Assembly (NCBI RefSeq): GCF_018977255.1
Contig: NW_024704746.1
Span: 20,956,001-21,020,000, forward strand
Source of the DNA: Callorhinchus milii
Lineage: Eukaryota
Length of the DNA stretch: 64,000 nt
Direction of reading: 5' to 3'
Made by a program: the position numbers and the translations under genes. Within the stretch, counting starts at the first letter, position 1, and every line of letters starts with the position of its first letter. The notes beneath the pieces are model-generated. The model was not told the origin of the DNA. It did no database searches and saw only the letters and a program-made list of their open reading frames with translations. Of this stretch, positions 62,287 through 64,000 are shown piece after piece.

Positions 62287-62862
62287 AATGGAATAATTTC
62301 TCACTTTCAGTTTCTGAATTGAGCAGAAAGCAGGCTAGGAATGCCCTCACACCCACCCAGGTTACAACAACAACAACAACAAAATTACATTTAAAGAGCG
62401 CCTTTCACGTCGGGAGGACGTCCTAAAGCGCTGAAATTTTCATTAAACTTAGTTTAAGATTGTCGAAACATGTACAATTGTACACTAACACAAAATACAT
62501 CGACAACATTTTTTTCCAACTCCGAGGAGATCTTGAAACTGTTTTGAGGAAATGCCGTCGACCATCCAACGTTGCTCCCTCAATGACGAAGGACTTGGCT
62601 GCGGAGGTAGCCTCAGTTCATTGCTGGAGGTTAACGGTCTTGCTGATCATATCCTTAGGATTTGAGAGCTTTCTTGGTACCCGGCTATTTAGTAATAGGG
62701 ACCAATCAAAACAGAGAGAATGATGGCAGTGACACTTAATGGGTTTGAGATATTACAGATTGCAAAATGGATATTGTTTCCTTCTTTTAAAAAATAAGAT
62801 ACACAGACATTCAGTGAGTCCAGTCCAGGGAGTCCATACAGTTCCCTTCCCCAAGAAAGAGT

Positions 62863-63200
62863 GGAGTCCTGTAGCTCAGTGGTTAGAGCACTCGCTTTGC
62901 AAGCGCGAGACCTGAGTTCAATCCCCGGCAGGTCAGGGCCAAACCTCGGGCAAGTTTCCTTACTCCACACAGAGCCTAATAATAATCCCTCCAAAAAAAC
63001 CCCCAAAACAATAATAAAGTGGTCATTTTCAATCCACGACTGTTTGTGGGACATTGCTGTGCGCAATTGGCTGCCGCGTTCGCCCACAAATATACAGTCA
63101 ATTCACTTTACAGTATATTCTGTGAAGCGCTTTGGGACGTCCTCCCGACGTGAAAAGCGCTATATCAAATGCAAGGATTATTATTATTATTATTATTATT
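62863..63200 (+). mobile_element. Full-length young tRNA-derived SINE
   Basis: Same family; shares the diagnostic GGCAGGTCAGGGC and AAACCTCGGGC variants with the 797 copy. Confidence 0.92.
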
Positions 63201-63254
63201 AAAGACATCTGCTGTGAGACTTGACAAACTCCAGCTCTGGTACAGCCATCCAGG

Positions 63255-63760
63255 CAGAGAGAGAGGGGGGGGGGGCGGGGTTTGCGCATGACCTTACCAA
63301 GATGGCGCCGAGGGGGGAGGGGGGCGGGGTCAGCCCGAGTACCGTCATCGCTCCCAGCGCGGCGGCGCCCTCAAGGGGCGGGGCCAGGATTGGCGGGAGG
63401 GGGGAATCGCTCGCGGACCGGGAAGATGGCGGAGGCAGAGCGTGGGCTGTGCGGACAGAGTTTCCAGGTGAGTGTCGGGCGGTGAGAGGACCTCCCGCTC
63501 GCGGGAGGGGGTTTGTTGCGGCCGCTCGCTGTCTGTGCCGGGAGCTGCGTGGAGTCGCGGAGCGGGAGGAGCTGCTCCTCTTGGCTTCCGAAGCGTTTCA
63601 GTGCCCGAAGTGAAGTGGAAGAGCGCTGCGCGTGGAAGCTTCCAGAACTTTTGTGGGCAGTCGGGCTCTGCCGCTTTTCACCCCCAAAGTGCACAGTCAC
63701 TCCACTTCACAGTGCGAGGCGCTTTGAGACGTCTTCGCCACCGCGATGAGCCGCTATATC
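63255..63760 (+). promoter_or_regulatory. CpG-island promoter of the downstream gene (probably MKNK1)
   Basis: CpG-dense; several GGGGCGGGG Sp boxes; YY1-type AAGATGGCG near 63299 and 63423; ATTGGCGGGA CCAAT/E2F-like site near 63389. Confidence 0.75.
63426..63467 (+). CDS. MKNK1: Probable first coding exon (MAEAERGLCGQSFQ) of the next gene, likely MAP kinase-interacting kinase 1
   Basis: Strong Kozak AAGATGG and perfect donor CAG|GTGAGT inside a CpG island. Identity rests only on the human order ATPAF1-MOB3C-MKNK1 on one strand. Confidence 0.45.
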
Positions 63761-64000
63761 AAATGCAAGGAATATTATTATTATTATTATTATTATTCAA
63801 GTGGTATTGACACTTGATGGAATTCAGCACCGGTCGGTGTATATAAACACAGGACACAGTGTTGGATGTTTGAAACCCCAATGCCTGTGGGAAGCTGTGA
63901 CTTCGGTTGTGTGTGTGTTCTGAGCCGCAAGAATTACAGAGATAAGTTTCCTCAGTTTAGTCGTGAGGAAACGTTGAGTTTTTTTTGTTAATATATATAT

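Overview
Vertebrate nuclear DNA, most likely from a cartilaginous fish. The repeat content (DeuSINE-type tRNA SINEs, L2, CR1, Penelope-type ends) resembles a holocephalan such as Callorhinchus; the species is inferred, not proven. Five complete spliced genes could be assembled by hand with open frames and consistent phases: PIF1 (+, 12 coding exons, 631 aa), RAD54L (+, 18, 743 aa), LRRC41 (-, 10, 773 aa), ATPAF1 (+, 9, 312 aa) and MOB3C (+, 3, 216 aa). A CpG island and probable first exon of the next gene (MKNK1 by synteny) lie at the right end. Introns and spacers carry seven near full-length young tRNA-Ala/Deu/L2-tail SINEs, many SINE tails, and L2, CR1 and older SINE fragments. No clearly new protein-coding system is visible. 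The most notable observations are: three GC-AG introns in three genes; an LRRC41-ATPAF1 bidirectional promoter where human has UQCRH; PIF1 beside RAD54L, both with CCAAT/CHR cell-cycle promoters; a TTAGGG-containing G4 minisatellite at the RAD54L 5' end; a perfect 29-bp hairpin; an apparent frameshift in the last PIF1 exon; a hammerhead-like motif in a Penelope-type repeat; and inverted SINEs bracketing the ATG exon of MOB3C. Orthologue and repeat-family comparisons are from memory and need database confirmation.
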